Below are positions 37,647 through 48,019 of a DNA stretch of 64,000 bases, one piece after another (position 1 is the first letter of the stretch; every line of letters begins with the position of its first letter). The stretch comes from Acidobacteriota bacterium (GTDB taxonomy: Bacteria > Acidobacteriota > UBA890 > WLXD01). Both the position numbers and the translations under genes were made by a program. Below the pieces are notes generated by a model. It was given only the letters and a program-made list of their open reading frames with translations. It did not search any database and was not told where the DNA came from. The stretch is from positions 32,001-96,000 of the forward strand of contig CAXWPH010000006.1 in the NCBI GenBank assembly GCA_963666055.2, read 5' to 3'.

Positions 37647-38890
37647 ACAGCACCCGCCGCGCTATCGGGCTTTCGGAGGGTGTGCTCATCGCTCTTGACT
37701 CGATCTGGGCCAACAAGCTGCGCTCGTTCCTCACGGTGCTCGGCAACATCATCGCCGTCAGTTCGATCATCCTCGTGGTGACAATCATCCAGGGAGTCAA
37801 CGCCGAGGTAACCGGCCTGCTCACCGCTGAAGGCGCCGACGTGTACTCGATCGAGCGTTCGGGCATCGCCTTCTCGCACGATGAGGCTGTGGCCATGCGC
37901 AATCGACCTCGGCTTACGCGCGCCGATGCCCGTTTCGTACGCCAGGAGGCGACGACGATCGCCGCACTGTCGGTCGGCGCCGACCGCAGCACGCTAGTGG
38001 AGTACGGGACGCGATCGGTCGACAGGGTCAGTATCGAGGGAAGGTCGTATGACTGGGCGTTGCTCGACCAAACCGGAATGCGTGCGGGACGCTACCCGTC
38101 CGCCCTCGAGGTGGACCGTAACCGTGCCGTCGCGATGCTGGGTCTCGATGTGGTGGAGGAGTTGTTTCCCGGGCTCCCGCCGGAGGCAGCGCTGGGCCGC
38201 CGTATTCGTATCGGGAGCCTGCATTTTGTCGTCATCGGAGTGCTCGAGACCCGCGGATCGGTGTTCGGCTTCAGCCAGGACGAAGTGGCAGTAATTCCAA
38301 TCGGAACCTGGCAACGCCTTTTCGGTTACCGGACCTCGTTGGAATTTCGCGTCAAGCCGCGACGACCCGACCTGGTTGAGGCGTCGATGGACGAGGCTCG
38401 GATGCTGATGCGCATTCGACACCGCCTACGGCCCCGCGACGTGGACGACTTCGCGGTGACCAGCTCGGACACCTTCCTGGATCTCTATCATCAATTTACC
38501 GCCGGCATCTACGCGGCGTTGATCGGCATCGTCGCGATGGCGCTGGTGGTTGGCGGAATAGTGATCATGAACATCATGTTGATGGTGGTCACCGAGCGCA
38601 CCCGCGAGGTGGGCATCCGCAAGGCGGTGGGGGCCACATATCAGCAGATCCTGTGGCAGTTCCTCGTCGAGGCGGTCACCGTCTCGCTGGTCGGCGGCGT
38701 GGCGGGAATCACCCTCGGCTACGCCGCGGCGGCGGGAATATCCAACTTCACTCCGTTGCCGTTCGTGCTCGTGCCCTGGTCGGTGGCAGCGGCGCTCGCC
38801 ACCGTCATGGTCGTGGGTGTGGTCTTCGGAATTTACCCGGCGAGCCGCGCCGCCACGCTCGACCCGATCGCCGCGCTCCGCTACGAGTGA
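37643..38890 (+). CDS. ABC transporter permease (MacB/FtsX-type)
   Basis: [43 protein letters not shown]; ATGA overlap. Confidence 0.93.
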   Translation: MNSTRRAIGLSEGVLIALDSIWANKLRSFLTVLGNIIAVSSIILVVTIIQGVNAEVTGLLTAEGADVYSIERSGIAFSHDEAVAMRNRPRLTRADARFVRQEATTIAALSVGADRSTLVEYGTRSVDRVSIEGRSYDWALLDQTGMRAGRYPSALEVDRNRAVAMLGLDVVEELFPGLPPEAALGRRIRIGSLHFVVIGVLETRGSVFGFSQDEVAVIPIGTWQRLFGYRTSLEFRVKPRRPDLVEASMDEARMLMRIRHRLRPRDVDDFAVTSSDTFLDLYHQFTAGIYAALIGIVAMALVVGGIVIMNIMLMVVTERTREVGIRKAVGATYQQILWQFLVEAVTVSLVGGVAGITLGYAAAAGISNFTPLPFVLVPWSVAAALATVMVVGVVFGIYPASRAATLDPIAALRYE

Positions 38891-40146
38891 TGCGCTCCGT
38901 CGTCATTAGCCAAGTCCTCGGGATGGCCTGGGAGAGTCTGCGTGTCCACAAGATGCGCTCGTTCCTCACTATCCTGGGTATCGTCATCGGCATCACGATG
39001 GTGGTCGGAATGACGAGCCTCATACGGGGCTTCGATCAGTCGATGACCGGCCAGATCGAGTCGCTCGGCTCGGACACCGTGTACCTCATCAAGTGGGGTG
39101 GCCGACTGGTCACCTCGGGAGAGGAGTTCCGTCGACTCAACGCCCGGCCGGACATTACCGAGCGCGACGCGGACGCCATCGGTCGACTCGCCGAATCAGT
39201 CGAGCGGGTCTCGATCATGTATGGGGCCGGCTTTCCACCGACCCAGGCGGTGGTTCGATTCGCCGGCCGCCGCACCAACCAGACTCAGGTCATGGGGATC
39301 GCCCCGCGGTTCCTGGATGCCGGCGACATGGAGCTAGAACTAGGCCGCTTCATCAGCCCGATCGACGTACGGCAGCGCACAGACGTCGTCGTGCTGGGTG
39401 ACGGACCTCGCTCTGTGCTGTTTCCAGACCGCGATCCGATCAGTCGCCGGGTGCGCGTCAACGGGCGCGAGTATCGGGTAATCGGCACGATCAAGTCACG
39501 GGACACATCCAGCTTGGCCGGCGAACAGGCCGACAACTTTGTTCTGGTGTCGTCAACCAACTACAGCAAGCTGTTCGGCCCACGCCCCAAAGGAGCGATG
39601 GTGGTCATGCGGGCCAAGGCCGAGCACGGCGTGGAGCGGATGCAAACCGAGGTCGAGGGCATCATGCGGGCGAGGCACGGCCTCCGCGCCAATGAGGATA
39701 GGGACTTCGATCTTGCCACCCAGGAAAGCCTGTTGGAGCTCTGGAAGAACCTCACGCAGTACTTCTTCCTGACGCTGGTGGCGCTCTCCTCGGTGGCCCT
39801 GATGGTCGGCGGCATCGGTGTAATGGCGATCATGCTCGTGTCGGTCACCGAGCGCACCCGTGAGATCGGCGTGCGCAAAGCTCTGGGTGCGCGGCGCTCC
39901 GACGTTCTCCTGCAGTTTCTGGCCGAGGCGGTAGTGCTGGCTGCGGTCGGCGGGCTGCTGGGTGCGCTGGTGGGCGCTGGCTTCGGCTACGCAGCGCACA
40001 TGGCCACCGGCTTCCCGATATCGTTACCGTGGTGGTCGTTCGCTATCGCAGTGGGAACCTCGTCCTTGATTGGCGTCGCCTCCGGTATTTATCCTGCTAA
40101 CCGTGCGGCCCGACTCGACCCCGTAGAAGCCTTGCGATACGAGTAA
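38890..40146 (+). CDS. Second ABC transporter permease (MacB/FtsX-type)
   Basis: HKMRSFLT, SVTERTREIGVRKALGA, LDPVEALRYE; TGATG overlap. Confidence 0.93.
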   Translation: MRSVVISQVLGMAWESLRVHKMRSFLTILGIVIGITMVVGMTSLIRGFDQSMTGQIESLGSDTVYLIKWGGRLVTSGEEFRRLNARPDITERDADAIGRLAESVERVSIMYGAGFPPTQAVVRFAGRRTNQTQVMGIAPRFLDAGDMELELGRFISPIDVRQRTDVVVLGDGPRSVLFPDRDPISRRVRVNGREYRVIGTIKSRDTSSLAGEQADNFVLVSSTNYSKLFGPRPKGAMVVMRAKAEHGVERMQTEVEGIMRARHGLRANEDRDFDLATQESLLELWKNLTQYFFLTLVALSSVALMVGGIGVMAIMLVSVTERTREIGVRKALGARRSDVLLQFLAEAVVLAAVGGLLGALVGAGFGYAAHMATGFPISLPWWSFAIAVGTSSLIGVASGIYPANRAARLDPVEALRYE

Positions 40147-40295
40147 TGGGTCCGTCTTCTTGAAACAACGAGCGGTGGGCGACCGTCTCCCGATGAAAAG
40201 GATGGCGTCGTGCGCCCTTCGAAAGCCTCGCTCTTACGCGACTCCCTCGCTGGCTGGTATCTACAAGCGCCATCCCGACAGCGTCGAGAAACGGC

Positions 40296-41924
40296 ATGAT
40301 CCGAGTCCGCATGTTCAAGCTCTTGCACTTGGTCGCAGCGGTTGCGATCGTTCTCAGCCCACTGCCTGTCTCGGCACAGGAGCAAACAGCGGCTGCCCCG
40401 ATGACGGAGGACGATGTGCCGACGCTCGAGCTGACGCTGCTCGAGGCCGCCGAGATGGCACTGCGACACAACCTCCAAGTGCGTATCAACAAGTTTGCGC
40501 CGCAGGTCCAAGCCGAGAACATCACCTCCGCCCGCGCTCGCTTCGACCCGAGCCTAACCTTCGACGTGCCGAGCGTCTTTGGCCGTAACACGAGCCAGGG
40601 CACCTCGACCCTAGCGGGCGGCGACATCGTCACCGATGAGACTTTCTCGGGCGGGTTCGGCTTCAGTCATCTGCTGGAATACGGCACCAACTATTCAATC
40701 AACTGGACCGCTCAACGACGCTTCAGCACCAACACCTTCTCAACGTTCAACCCGAACTTCAGTTCCACGCTGAGGGTTCAGCTGACCCAGCCGCTGCTTC
40801 GTAACTTCGGCAAGGAGAACAACATCAGCCAGATCGTGATTGCCCAGGACAATCTCGAAGTCAGCATGGAGACCTTCCGCAATCAGGTGCAGCAGACGAT
40901 CCTGAGCGTTTACGAGGCATACTGGCAGCTCGTTTTCGCCGAGGACGACCTGGCGGTCAAGGAGCTGTCGCTCGACCTGGCGCGGCAGCAATTCGAGCGC
41001 AACAAGGTGCAGGTCGAGATCGGCACTCTGGCGCCGATCGAGACGATCCAGGCCGAGCAGCAGGTGGCCACCAACGAGCTACAGCTCACCCAGGCTCGAC
41101 AGGCGCTGGCCGACGCGAGCGACGACCTCAGACGACTGTTGAACGTAGAGGCCGGGGCGCAGGCGGGCTGGGACGTGCCGCTGGTGGCAGCCGACGAGCC
41201 ACAGGTGACCGATGAGGTCATCGACCTCGACGAGGCGATCAACCAGGCCCTCGAGCGTGATCCGCAGCTTCGCAGCCTTCGAATAGGGTCCCGTACCCGC
41301 GCACTCAGCGTTCGCACGGCGCGTAACGCGCTCCTCCCACAGCTGAACTTCAGTGGCTCGATCGTGCTGTCCGGCCAGGGCGGCGACACCCTGATACGGA
41401 GCGGCGGCTTCGGCTCCAGCGAGATTCTGGAGGTTCAAGAAGGCGGTTTCTCGGACGCGCTCCGCAACCTGTTCTCGGGCGAGTTCCGCAACTGGCAAGT
41501 GGGGCTTCAGGTACAGTTCCCGATCAACAACTGGGCCGCCAAGGCACAGCATGCTCAGGCGATCATCAACGAGCGCCAGCTGCTTGTGCAGATCGCCGAT
41601 CGCGAGCAGCAGCTCCGGGTGGATATCACCAAGGCCGTCCGCCAGGTGACCAGCGGCGCCCAGCAGGTAGCGCAGGCCACCGTGGCGCGCGTGCTCGCCG
41701 AACGGCAGCTCGACGCCGAGGAACGCAAATTCGCCGTAGGCACGACAACGAACTTCGAGGTGCTAACGTTCCAGCGAGATCTCGCTAACGCGCGCACCTC
41801 GGAGCTGCAAGCGATGACCAATTACATGAACTCGGGCGCCCGGCTCGAGCAGGCAAAGGGTACGCTGCTGGAGAGCCTCGGGATTAGCATCAACATGGCC
41901 GGAGTGCCTGGCAGACCGAGGTAG
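40296..41924 (+). CDS. TolC-family outer membrane efflux protein
   Basis: Signal peptide; LTQPLLR, AYWQL, LLPQLN, EERKFAVG. Confidence 0.9.
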   Translation: MIRVRMFKLLHLVAAVAIVLSPLPVSAQEQTAAAPMTEDDVPTLELTLLEAAEMALRHNLQVRINKFAPQVQAENITSARARFDPSLTFDVPSVFGRNTSQGTSTLAGGDIVTDETFSGGFGFSHLLEYGTNYSINWTAQRRFSTNTFSTFNPNFSSTLRVQLTQPLLRNFGKENNISQIVIAQDNLEVSMETFRNQVQQTILSVYEAYWQLVFAEDDLAVKELSLDLARQQFERNKVQVEIGTLAPIETIQAEQQVATNELQLTQARQALADASDDLRRLLNVEAGAQAGWDVPLVAADEPQVTDEVIDLDEAINQALERDPQLRSLRIGSRTRALSVRTARNALLPQLNFSGSIVLSGQGGDTLIRSGGFGSSEILEVQEGGFSDALRNLFSGEFRNWQVGLQVQFPINNWAAKAQHAQAIINERQLLVQIADREQQLRVDITKAVRQVTSGAQQVAQATVARVLAERQLDAEERKFAVGTTTNFEVLTFQRDLANARTSELQAMTNYMNSGARLEQAKGTLLESLGISINMAGVPGRPR

Positions 41925-41929
41925 ACCTC

Positions 41930-44900
41930 CTGACTCAGCGCCGCCGACTCGCCGCCGGGATCGCTATCGCCGCGGTTGCGGTCATCGGCTGCCGCAATAC
42001 CGCTCGCACAGGCTCTTCGCTCGACCCCGACCAGCCCATCGCAATTACGTTTCTGAGCGACTCCGCCGAGCCGACGATGCCCGAGGAGGAGCGGGCGGCG
42101 CTAGAGTGGCTACAGGCTCAACCGGGGTTCGCGACGAAGTTCGTGCAGCTGTCCGACCTCGACACCGCGCGGCCTGACCCGAACAGCGTGCTCTGGTGGC
42201 ACCATGCCGCCTCGGCCGCACTGCCGACAAGCGCTATGCGGCAACCGGCAATCGCCGCCGTGCGCGCCCATCTTCGCGGCGGCGGCGCGCTGATGTTGTC
42301 GCTCTTCGCGGCCACTTGGGTCGTACCTCTGGAACTTGAAACCCGACCTCCGGACGATGTGGGCCTGCGACTGGGAACCGATTGGGCCCGCTGGACGCCC
42401 GACGACGAACGTCTCCTGACCGGGCTTCAGAGCTACCGTGGACACCCGTTGCTGCGCCGCTTCTGGGGCGGCGTCTATACGGGCACACTGCACCGCGACA
42501 AGCGCTATGCGTCAGTACGCTGGAGCGGCGACAACTGGCCACTAGACGGCGCCGTGGTGGCGGTCGGGAAGCGCTACATCAGTATCGACGCAGACCACCG
42601 CGTGATCGTCGAGTATGCGCCGGGCGATGGCCGCGCCGGACCCGTTCTGGTAATCGGCGAAGGTCTCTACTTCGCCGATCAGGACAACCGCAACCGCATG
42701 CAGCTGGAGCTGTTTACCCGCGACGCGCTCGCCTACATCAGTGGAGATCAACCACCGGCGCCGCCCGGGGCTACGGTTGCCTCTACCGGAGCGGTGGCCC
42801 TGCCGGCCGTACGGACGATGGCCGCTGGCGACAGCAATGCCCCGCCACCTCCACCGGGTGGGGCCGATCTGCCGCCCGTTTCGCCTGAGCCCTCCGCCGA
42901 GGAGTTGCCGGGAGTGCTCGGGGCAACCACGTATTGGATGCCTCTCCAGGCCGGCACGCGCTGGTTCGAGGCAAGCTCCGAGGAGTCTGCCACCGAGCTA
43001 CGCGCGGATGTAGTCGAGGCGGTCTCCGCCGCCCGATCGGGCCTCGCTCTCGAGCAGGAGGTAACCGACAACGCGCCGTTCGATCTATACAGTCCACGGA
43101 CGCTCGTGGTCGGCACCCGGAACGGGCGCGTCGATGAGCTATGGGGATATCCGCTCCGTATGTTGCGCGACCTGCGATTTGGCTTCAGTCGCGATGTCGC
43201 TCGACGAGATACGGCTCAGATCAGATGGCTGGACACCGCAGCGGAGAGCATCACCTACACCATCCGGCCGGAGGGCGCGTCGTTCCGATACACGCTCGAC
43301 GATCTGACGATCGTTGTCCACCTGGCTGTGCCGCGCGATCGACCCGGGCTGGTGGCGCTATTGGAAGTCGAAAGCGACACCCCCGTGGTCATACACGCAC
43401 GCTGGCGAAGCGATCATGCTTCGATGTGGCCGCGAGAGCCGCGACACCTCGGCCCAATCGAGCTGGGCTGGGATGCCGGCGTAGCGGCGGTAGTGTGGCG
43501 CGATCCGACGGCGACGTTCACCGCCTATGCCGGATTCAGCGCGCCAGCGTCAAGCGCCACGATCGGCGGCCGGCAGCTCGACGTCAGCGCCGCAGAGCCG
43601 GTCGGCGAAGCGACCGCAGCGCCGCCGTCGCAGGGGGAATCTGCCAACCTGTTGGAAAATGCACGCGTGTCGCTCCAGGTCATACACGATCCGACCCTCG
43701 AGCCCGCCGTGGCGTTTGTGGTGGCCAGTGCCTTCGATGACCGCACCGCGCGCGACTCGTACCTCGAGTTGCTCGGCGATCCGGCCGCCACCTGGACGGC
43801 GAACGCCAACCATTACCGGCAATTCCTGGCCGAGTCGCTGTCGATCGCGTCTCCCGATCCGACGTTCAACGAGGCTTTTCGATGGGCCACGGTCGGCCTG
43901 GATGCGTTCCGCGTCACGACGCCGGGAATGGGGACTGGGCTGGTCGCCGGGTACGCCGCCAGCGCCGATTCAGGCGCCGCTGCGTGGCACCGCGACAACG
44001 ATTTCCTGCGCCGGCCCGGCTACGCTTGGTACTTCGGCCGCGATGCAGTTTGGACGACCTTTGCTGCCGACGCGTACGGCGGCACCGACCTCACCGCCGA
44101 GGCCCTCCGCTTCTTGGCCAGGTACCAGGACGTCGACGGGAAGATCGCCCATGAGATATCACCCGGATGGGCGATCCATTATGACGCCGCCGACTCCACG
44201 CCGCTATTTCTCCTCGGCCTTGACCACCATATTCGGGCCACGGGCAACCGAGACTTGTTGCGCCAGCTGTGGCCGAGCGTCCGGCGCGCGATGCGCTTCC
44301 TCGAGAGCACCGATACCGACGGCGATGGCCTAATCGAAAACACCGGCGTCGGACATGGATGGATCGAGGGAGGAGAGATCTACGGAGCTCACACTACCTT
44401 CTACCTTGCGGGCCTCTGGGTAGCCACCCTGCAAGCGGTCGAGCGCATGGCCGTGTGGATGGTCGATGACGAGCTCACGGCGCTATCGCAACAGCGGCGC
44501 GCCAGCGCCGAGGCGACCCTAGAAGAGGGATTCTGGGATCCCCAGGCGCGCACCTATTATTACGGGCGGCGGGTCGACGGCACCTACCAGTCGGCTCCGA
44601 CCATCCTGCCGGCGGTCCCGATGTACTTCGGATTGCTCGATGGAGCCAAGGTGCAGCCGCTGTTGGAGCGATTCGCAAGCTCCGAGATCACCAGCGATTG
44701 GGGCGCCCGGCTGATAGAGCGGTCGAGTCCGGCGTACGATCCCAACGGGTACCACCAGGGCATGGTTTGGCCGCTGTTCTCCGGCTGGACATCGCTGGCC
44801 GCATACGCCCATGGACGCCCTCTGGCCGGGTACCTCAACCTGAACCAGAACTTGCGACTCGTGCGTCAGGGCAATCTCGGGCACATCCCCGAGGCGCTGC

Positions 44901-45643
44901 ACGGGGAAACCTACGAACTGGCCGGCGAAACTACTCATCAGGCGGCGTCGCACGCCATGGCCGTCCTCCCGGCCGTAGAGGGCATGCTCGGCATTCGGCC
45001 CGACGCACCGCAGGGGCGGCTCAGGATCTACCCGCACCTACCCGGTGGATGGACCGAGACCACGGTGCAGCCCGTAAGGGTCGGCGCGGAGTCATTTCGA
45101 GTCACGATCTTCCGCGCGCCGGAATCGAGCGGCTTCACCATCGACCGCCTGGCCGGCAGCGACCCGGTGCAACTCGAGCTTGCATTGCCCTTCCCGCGCG
45201 ACGTGCTCGTCAACCTTGATCCCGACAACACCACAGGTGTCGCCATCGCCGGAGGCCTTTCGGTAATCGACCACCCGCGGGAAAAGGAAGCTCGGGTTAC
45301 CGTCACCCTGACCGAGCCGCAGGCCACTGTGGTCTTCCGTCACAGCCCGTATCCCGAGGTGGTGCAACCAATCCCGGCGCCGGAGCCAGCTGCTACCAGC
45401 ACGGCGCTGCGAGTGCTCGAGTCGGTGCTCGTCGGCGGAGCGCTGCAGCTGCGCCTCGAGGGCATCCCGGGGCAAAGCTACCGATTGGAGATCGCAACGC
45501 CTTGGCCGGTGCGTTCCGTCGAGGGCATCGCCACCACCAACGTCATCGTCGGCGGTCCCGGGCGTGCGGTACTGGAGCTCATGCTTCCGGGAACCACCGA
45601 AAGCTATCAACGGGCCTCCATTACGGTGTACTTCACGCCGTAG
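41930..45643 (+). CDS. Lipoprotein glycoside hydrolase: DUF4960-like N-terminus + (alpha/alpha)6 amylo-alpha-1,6-glucosidase-like domain
   Basis: RPGYAWYFGRD, GKIAHE, YDAADSTP, YHQGMVWP, IPEAL; frame open upstream of 42077 to CTG at 41930, adding a signal peptide and lipobox VIGC. Confidence 0.85.
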   Translation: MTQRRRLAAGIAIAAVAVIGCRNTARTGSSLDPDQPIAITFLSDSAEPTMPEEERAALEWLQAQPGFATKFVQLSDLDTARPDPNSVLWWHHAASAALPTSAMRQPAIAAVRAHLRGGGALMLSLFAATWVVPLELETRPPDDVGLRLGTDWARWTPDDERLLTGLQSYRGHPLLRRFWGGVYTGTLHRDKRYASVRWSGDNWPLDGAVVAVGKRYISIDADHRVIVEYAPGDGRAGPVLVIGEGLYFADQDNRNRMQLELFTRDALAYISGDQPPAPPGATVASTGAVALPAVRTMAAGDSNAPPPPPGGADLPPVSPEPSAEELPGVLGATTYWMPLQAGTRWFEASSEESATELRADVVEAVSAARSGLALEQEVTDNAPFDLYSPRTLVVGTRNGRVDELWGYPLRMLRDLRFGFSRDVARRDTAQIRWLDTAAESITYTIRPEGASFRYTLDDLTIVVHLAVPRDRPGLVALLEVESDTPVVIHARWRSDHASMWPREPRHLGPIELGWDAGVAAVVWRDPTATFTAYAGFSAPASSATIGGRQLDVSAAEPVGEATAAPPSQGESANLLENARVSLQVIHDPTLEPAVAFVVASAFDDRTARDSYLELLGDPAATWTANANHYRQFLAESLSIASPDPTFNEAFRWATVGLDAFRVTTPGMGTGLVAGYAASADSGAAAWHRDNDFLRRPGYAWYFGRDAVWTTFAADAYGGTDLTAEALRFLARYQDVDGKIAHEISPGWAIHYDAADSTPLFLLGLDHHIRATGNRDLLRQLWPSVRRAMRFLESTDTDGDGLIENTGVGHGWIEGGEIYGAHTTFYLAGLWVATLQAVERMAVWMVDDELTALSQQRRASAEATLEEGFWDPQARTYYYGRRVDGTYQSAPTILPAVPMYFGLLDGAKVQPLLERFASSEITSDWGARLIERSSPAYDPNGYHQGMVWPLFSGWTSLAAYAHGRPLAGYLNLNQNLRLVRQGNLGHIPEALHGETYELAGETTHQAASHAMAVLPAVEGMLGIRPDAPQGRLRIYPHLPGGWTETTVQPVRVGAESFRVTIFRAPESSGFTIDRLAGSDPVQLELALPFPRDVLVNLDPDNTTGVAIAGGLSVIDHPREKEARVTVTLTEPQATVVFRHSPYPEVVQPIPAPEPAATSTALRVLESVLVGGALQLRLEGIPGQSYRLEIATPWPVRSVEGIATTNVIVGGPGRAVLELMLPGTTESYQRASITVYFTP

Positions 45644-45662
45644 GCGTAGGATCTGAGCCTGG

Positions 45663-45731
45663 CAGGCCGCCTTGCATCTGACCCCGACTCGCCGTAACCA
45701 GGCCCGCCACACTTTCACCACGGCCTGCTAG
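45663..45731 (-). repeat. Partial MITE copy (left ~70 bp, inverted)
   Basis: Reverse complement is near-identical to 58141-58209; its CTAG contains the stop of the DUF4097 gene. Confidence 0.88.
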
Positions 45732-46942
45732 CCTCCCTCGGCAATTCTGATGCTGCCGCTCCCGGTATCGATGACCACGCGGGCGATCGGATCGTCGCCG
45801 ACACGGCCTACGAGGAGGTTGCGCTCGTCGCGTTCCAGGACCAGCGCGGGCAGGTCGACGTCGATGCCGCCGCTGCCGGTGCTCAACTTGAGGCTCATCG
45901 CCGGATAGGCTCGCAGGCGCATCTCGACGCGACCGCTGGAGGTGTTGATCTCGATGTTCCTAGCACGCGAAACATCGCCGTTGAACCGCACGCTACCGCT
46001 ACCGGTATCAACCAGGATGCGCTCCCCGGAAACGACTCCGTCGGCGCGAACCGACCCCGATCCCGTGCGTATGGAGATCGAACCGCTGACCTGATCGAGC
46101 GTCACACGGCCGGAGCCAGTATCCACCTCGACCACTTCGGCGGTTACGCCCGTCAGTCGGACAGCGCCGGAACCGGTATCAGCCACGACGTCTCCCACGA
46201 CCTCGCTCATTTCGACGCGACCTGAGCCAGTATCAGCCACCACCTCACCGCGATGCCCGTCGACCGTAATACTGCCGCTGCCCGTATCGAGCACTAGCGA
46301 GCCCTCCCCGTTCCGCGACTTGATGCTGCCAAGATGGGCCTCGAGACGGATCTCGCCGCTCACCGACGCCGACTGAATCTCGCCGACCGCGTTGAGCACC
46401 TGGAGTCGCGTACCGCTCGGCACGCGCACATGGAAGTCCGCCCAGACAGAGGCCGACCGTCCTGCACGACGGGTCGAGACCCTCACCCGACGGCCCATGT
46501 ACTCCAGCCGGGCGCTGCTCGTGTCGAACATGCCAAAGAACGAATGCGACTCACTGTCGCCCGGGTAATAGAACTCCGAGTAGTCGTCCACAGGGTAGGT
46601 GGCGCGCAGGACTCGCGTGCTGCCATCTTCTTCGAGCGCCAGTTGGATACGTTCCGCGAGCAAGTTCGCCTCGTCCTGTTCGTGCCCCCCTGCATGCACC
46701 AGGACCTCGATCTCCACGCTCGTACCGTCGGTTGGCTCAACCAAGAAGTCGCCGGCGAGGTTCTCGATCCGTAAAGTGGTCCCCGCGGCGACTTCTAGGC
46801 TGCGCTCGAGACGGCGTTCGGCCTCGAACGGCAACGGCGGCGCGGAGGAGACGGTCACAGCGCAGGCGGGCAGTGCCAGGACGGTGGCCAACGCCAGGAT
46901 CTGGCGCCGCGATGAGATCTGGTTGGCAAGCTTGCTGGTCAT
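45728..46942 (-). CDS. DUF4097 beta-strand repeat lipoprotein
   Basis: Lipobox LPAC; many DTGSG repeats; GGAGG RBS. Confidence 0.88.
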   Translation of the reverse strand: MTSKLANQISSRRQILALATVLALPACAVTVSSAPPLPFEAERRLERSLEVAAGTTLRIENLAGDFLVEPTDGTSVEIEVLVHAGGHEQDEANLLAERIQLALEEDGSTRVLRATYPVDDYSEFYYPGDSESHSFFGMFDTSSARLEYMGRRVRVSTRRAGRSASVWADFHVRVPSGTRLQVLNAVGEIQSASVSGEIRLEAHLGSIKSRNGEGSLVLDTGSGSITVDGHRGEVVADTGSGRVEMSEVVGDVVADTGSGAVRLTGVTAEVVEVDTGSGRVTLDQVSGSISIRTGSGSVRADGVVSGERILVDTGSGSVRFNGDVSRARNIEINTSSGRVEMRLRAYPAMSLKLSTGSGGIDVDLPALVLERDERNLLVGRVGDDPIARVVIDTGSGSIRIAEGG

Positions 46943-47071
46943 ACCGCCTCCGAAAGTTCCGTTGAGCGAATCGACCTCGCAGATCGATCCGCTGTTCTGT
47001 GTAGGATACGGACCGTTTCGCTCCGCGGTTTCACAGGTCGGCGCGGACACGCCGAAAGTCGACACCCGGAA

Positions 47072-48013
47072 TCACCGGTCAGCCAGCGAGGCAATCATGG
47101 CCGGTAACGATGCGATCGCCTCGGTACCCGACAGCAGGCAGGCCGCCGACGCCGCACTGACCGCGGCTCGCGCTGCCGTCACAGCATCAGCGCCGCCGAC
47201 ACGCGCCACGACGAACGCCGCACCGAAGGTATCCCCCGCACCAGTCGGATCGAGCGCCTCCACGTCCGGCGCCGCAACCCGAACATCCGGTGCTCCACAC
47301 TCGAAGACTTCCGCTCCAGCAGCCCCACGAGTGATCACGACAGTGCGAGGTCCGACCTGCTGATCCAGCGTCGTGCACACGAAGCGCTCCACCGGGTCCG
47401 AGCACCGTTCACCCAACGCCGCCCGGCCGGCCAGCACCGTCGCCTCCTGCTCGTTGCACTGGAGCGTATGGGCAACCTCGATCCAGCGGCGCCAGTCGGC
47501 GGGTCGCTCCGGGTATCGGAGGCCGCCGGAAGCACGGCCGAGCACTAGGCTATGTACATCCAGGTGAACCGGAATCCTTGACGCCGTGAGCCGCGCCAGC
47601 GCCTCGGGGGTGAGCACTGCTCCGGTCACGCAGTTGAGCAGAATTGCGTCGGCGGTGAGCGCCAGGTCGATCTCATGTGAATCAAGTGGTGGGGTCGGAC
47701 AAAGCAACCGTTCCTCGCGATCTCCGCCAATGCGGCCCCCATCTCGGTACTCGAGGTGCACCTGGCTGGGTGGTCCGCTCCAGGGAAGGAGTCCCGAGTC
47801 ATTGACGTTGCTGAAAGCGAACCACTCGCCATACAGGCGGTCGCGAAGGGCATGTGCGACGCGGCACACCGGCAGGATCTCGGCGTCCGGACCGGCTAGC
47901 GCAGCCATCGAGCTGACACTGTAGGCGAGGCCGCCGAGACTATGGACGATGGTGCCGTCGGGCCGCGCAATGTGATCGTCGACCACGACACCGACGACCG
48001 CGATCCTTGCCAT
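47072..48013 (-). CDS. PfkB-family carbohydrate kinase
   Basis: SLGGLAY, CNEQEA, VITRGAAG, DPTGAGDTF. Confidence 0.9.
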   Translation of the reverse strand: MARIAVVGVVVDDHIARPDGTIVHSLGGLAYSVSSMAALAGPDAEILPVCRVAHALRDRLYGEWFAFSNVNDSGLLPWSGPPSQVHLEYRDGGRIGGDREERLLCPTPPLDSHEIDLALTADAILLNCVTGAVLTPEALARLTASRIPVHLDVHSLVLGRASGGLRYPERPADWRRWIEVAHTLQCNEQEATVLAGRAALGERCSDPVERFVCTTLDQQVGPRTVVITRGAAGAEVFECGAPDVRVAAPDVEALDPTGAGDTFGAAFVVARVGGADAVTAARAAVSAASAACLLSGTEAIASLPAMIASLADR

Positions 48014-48019
48014 CGACGA

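Noticed and set aside
45760-46300. Periodic repeats suggesting a CRISPR-like array
   Set aside because: Protein-level DTGSG repeats of DUF4097; no conserved DNA repeat-spacer structure and no cas genes
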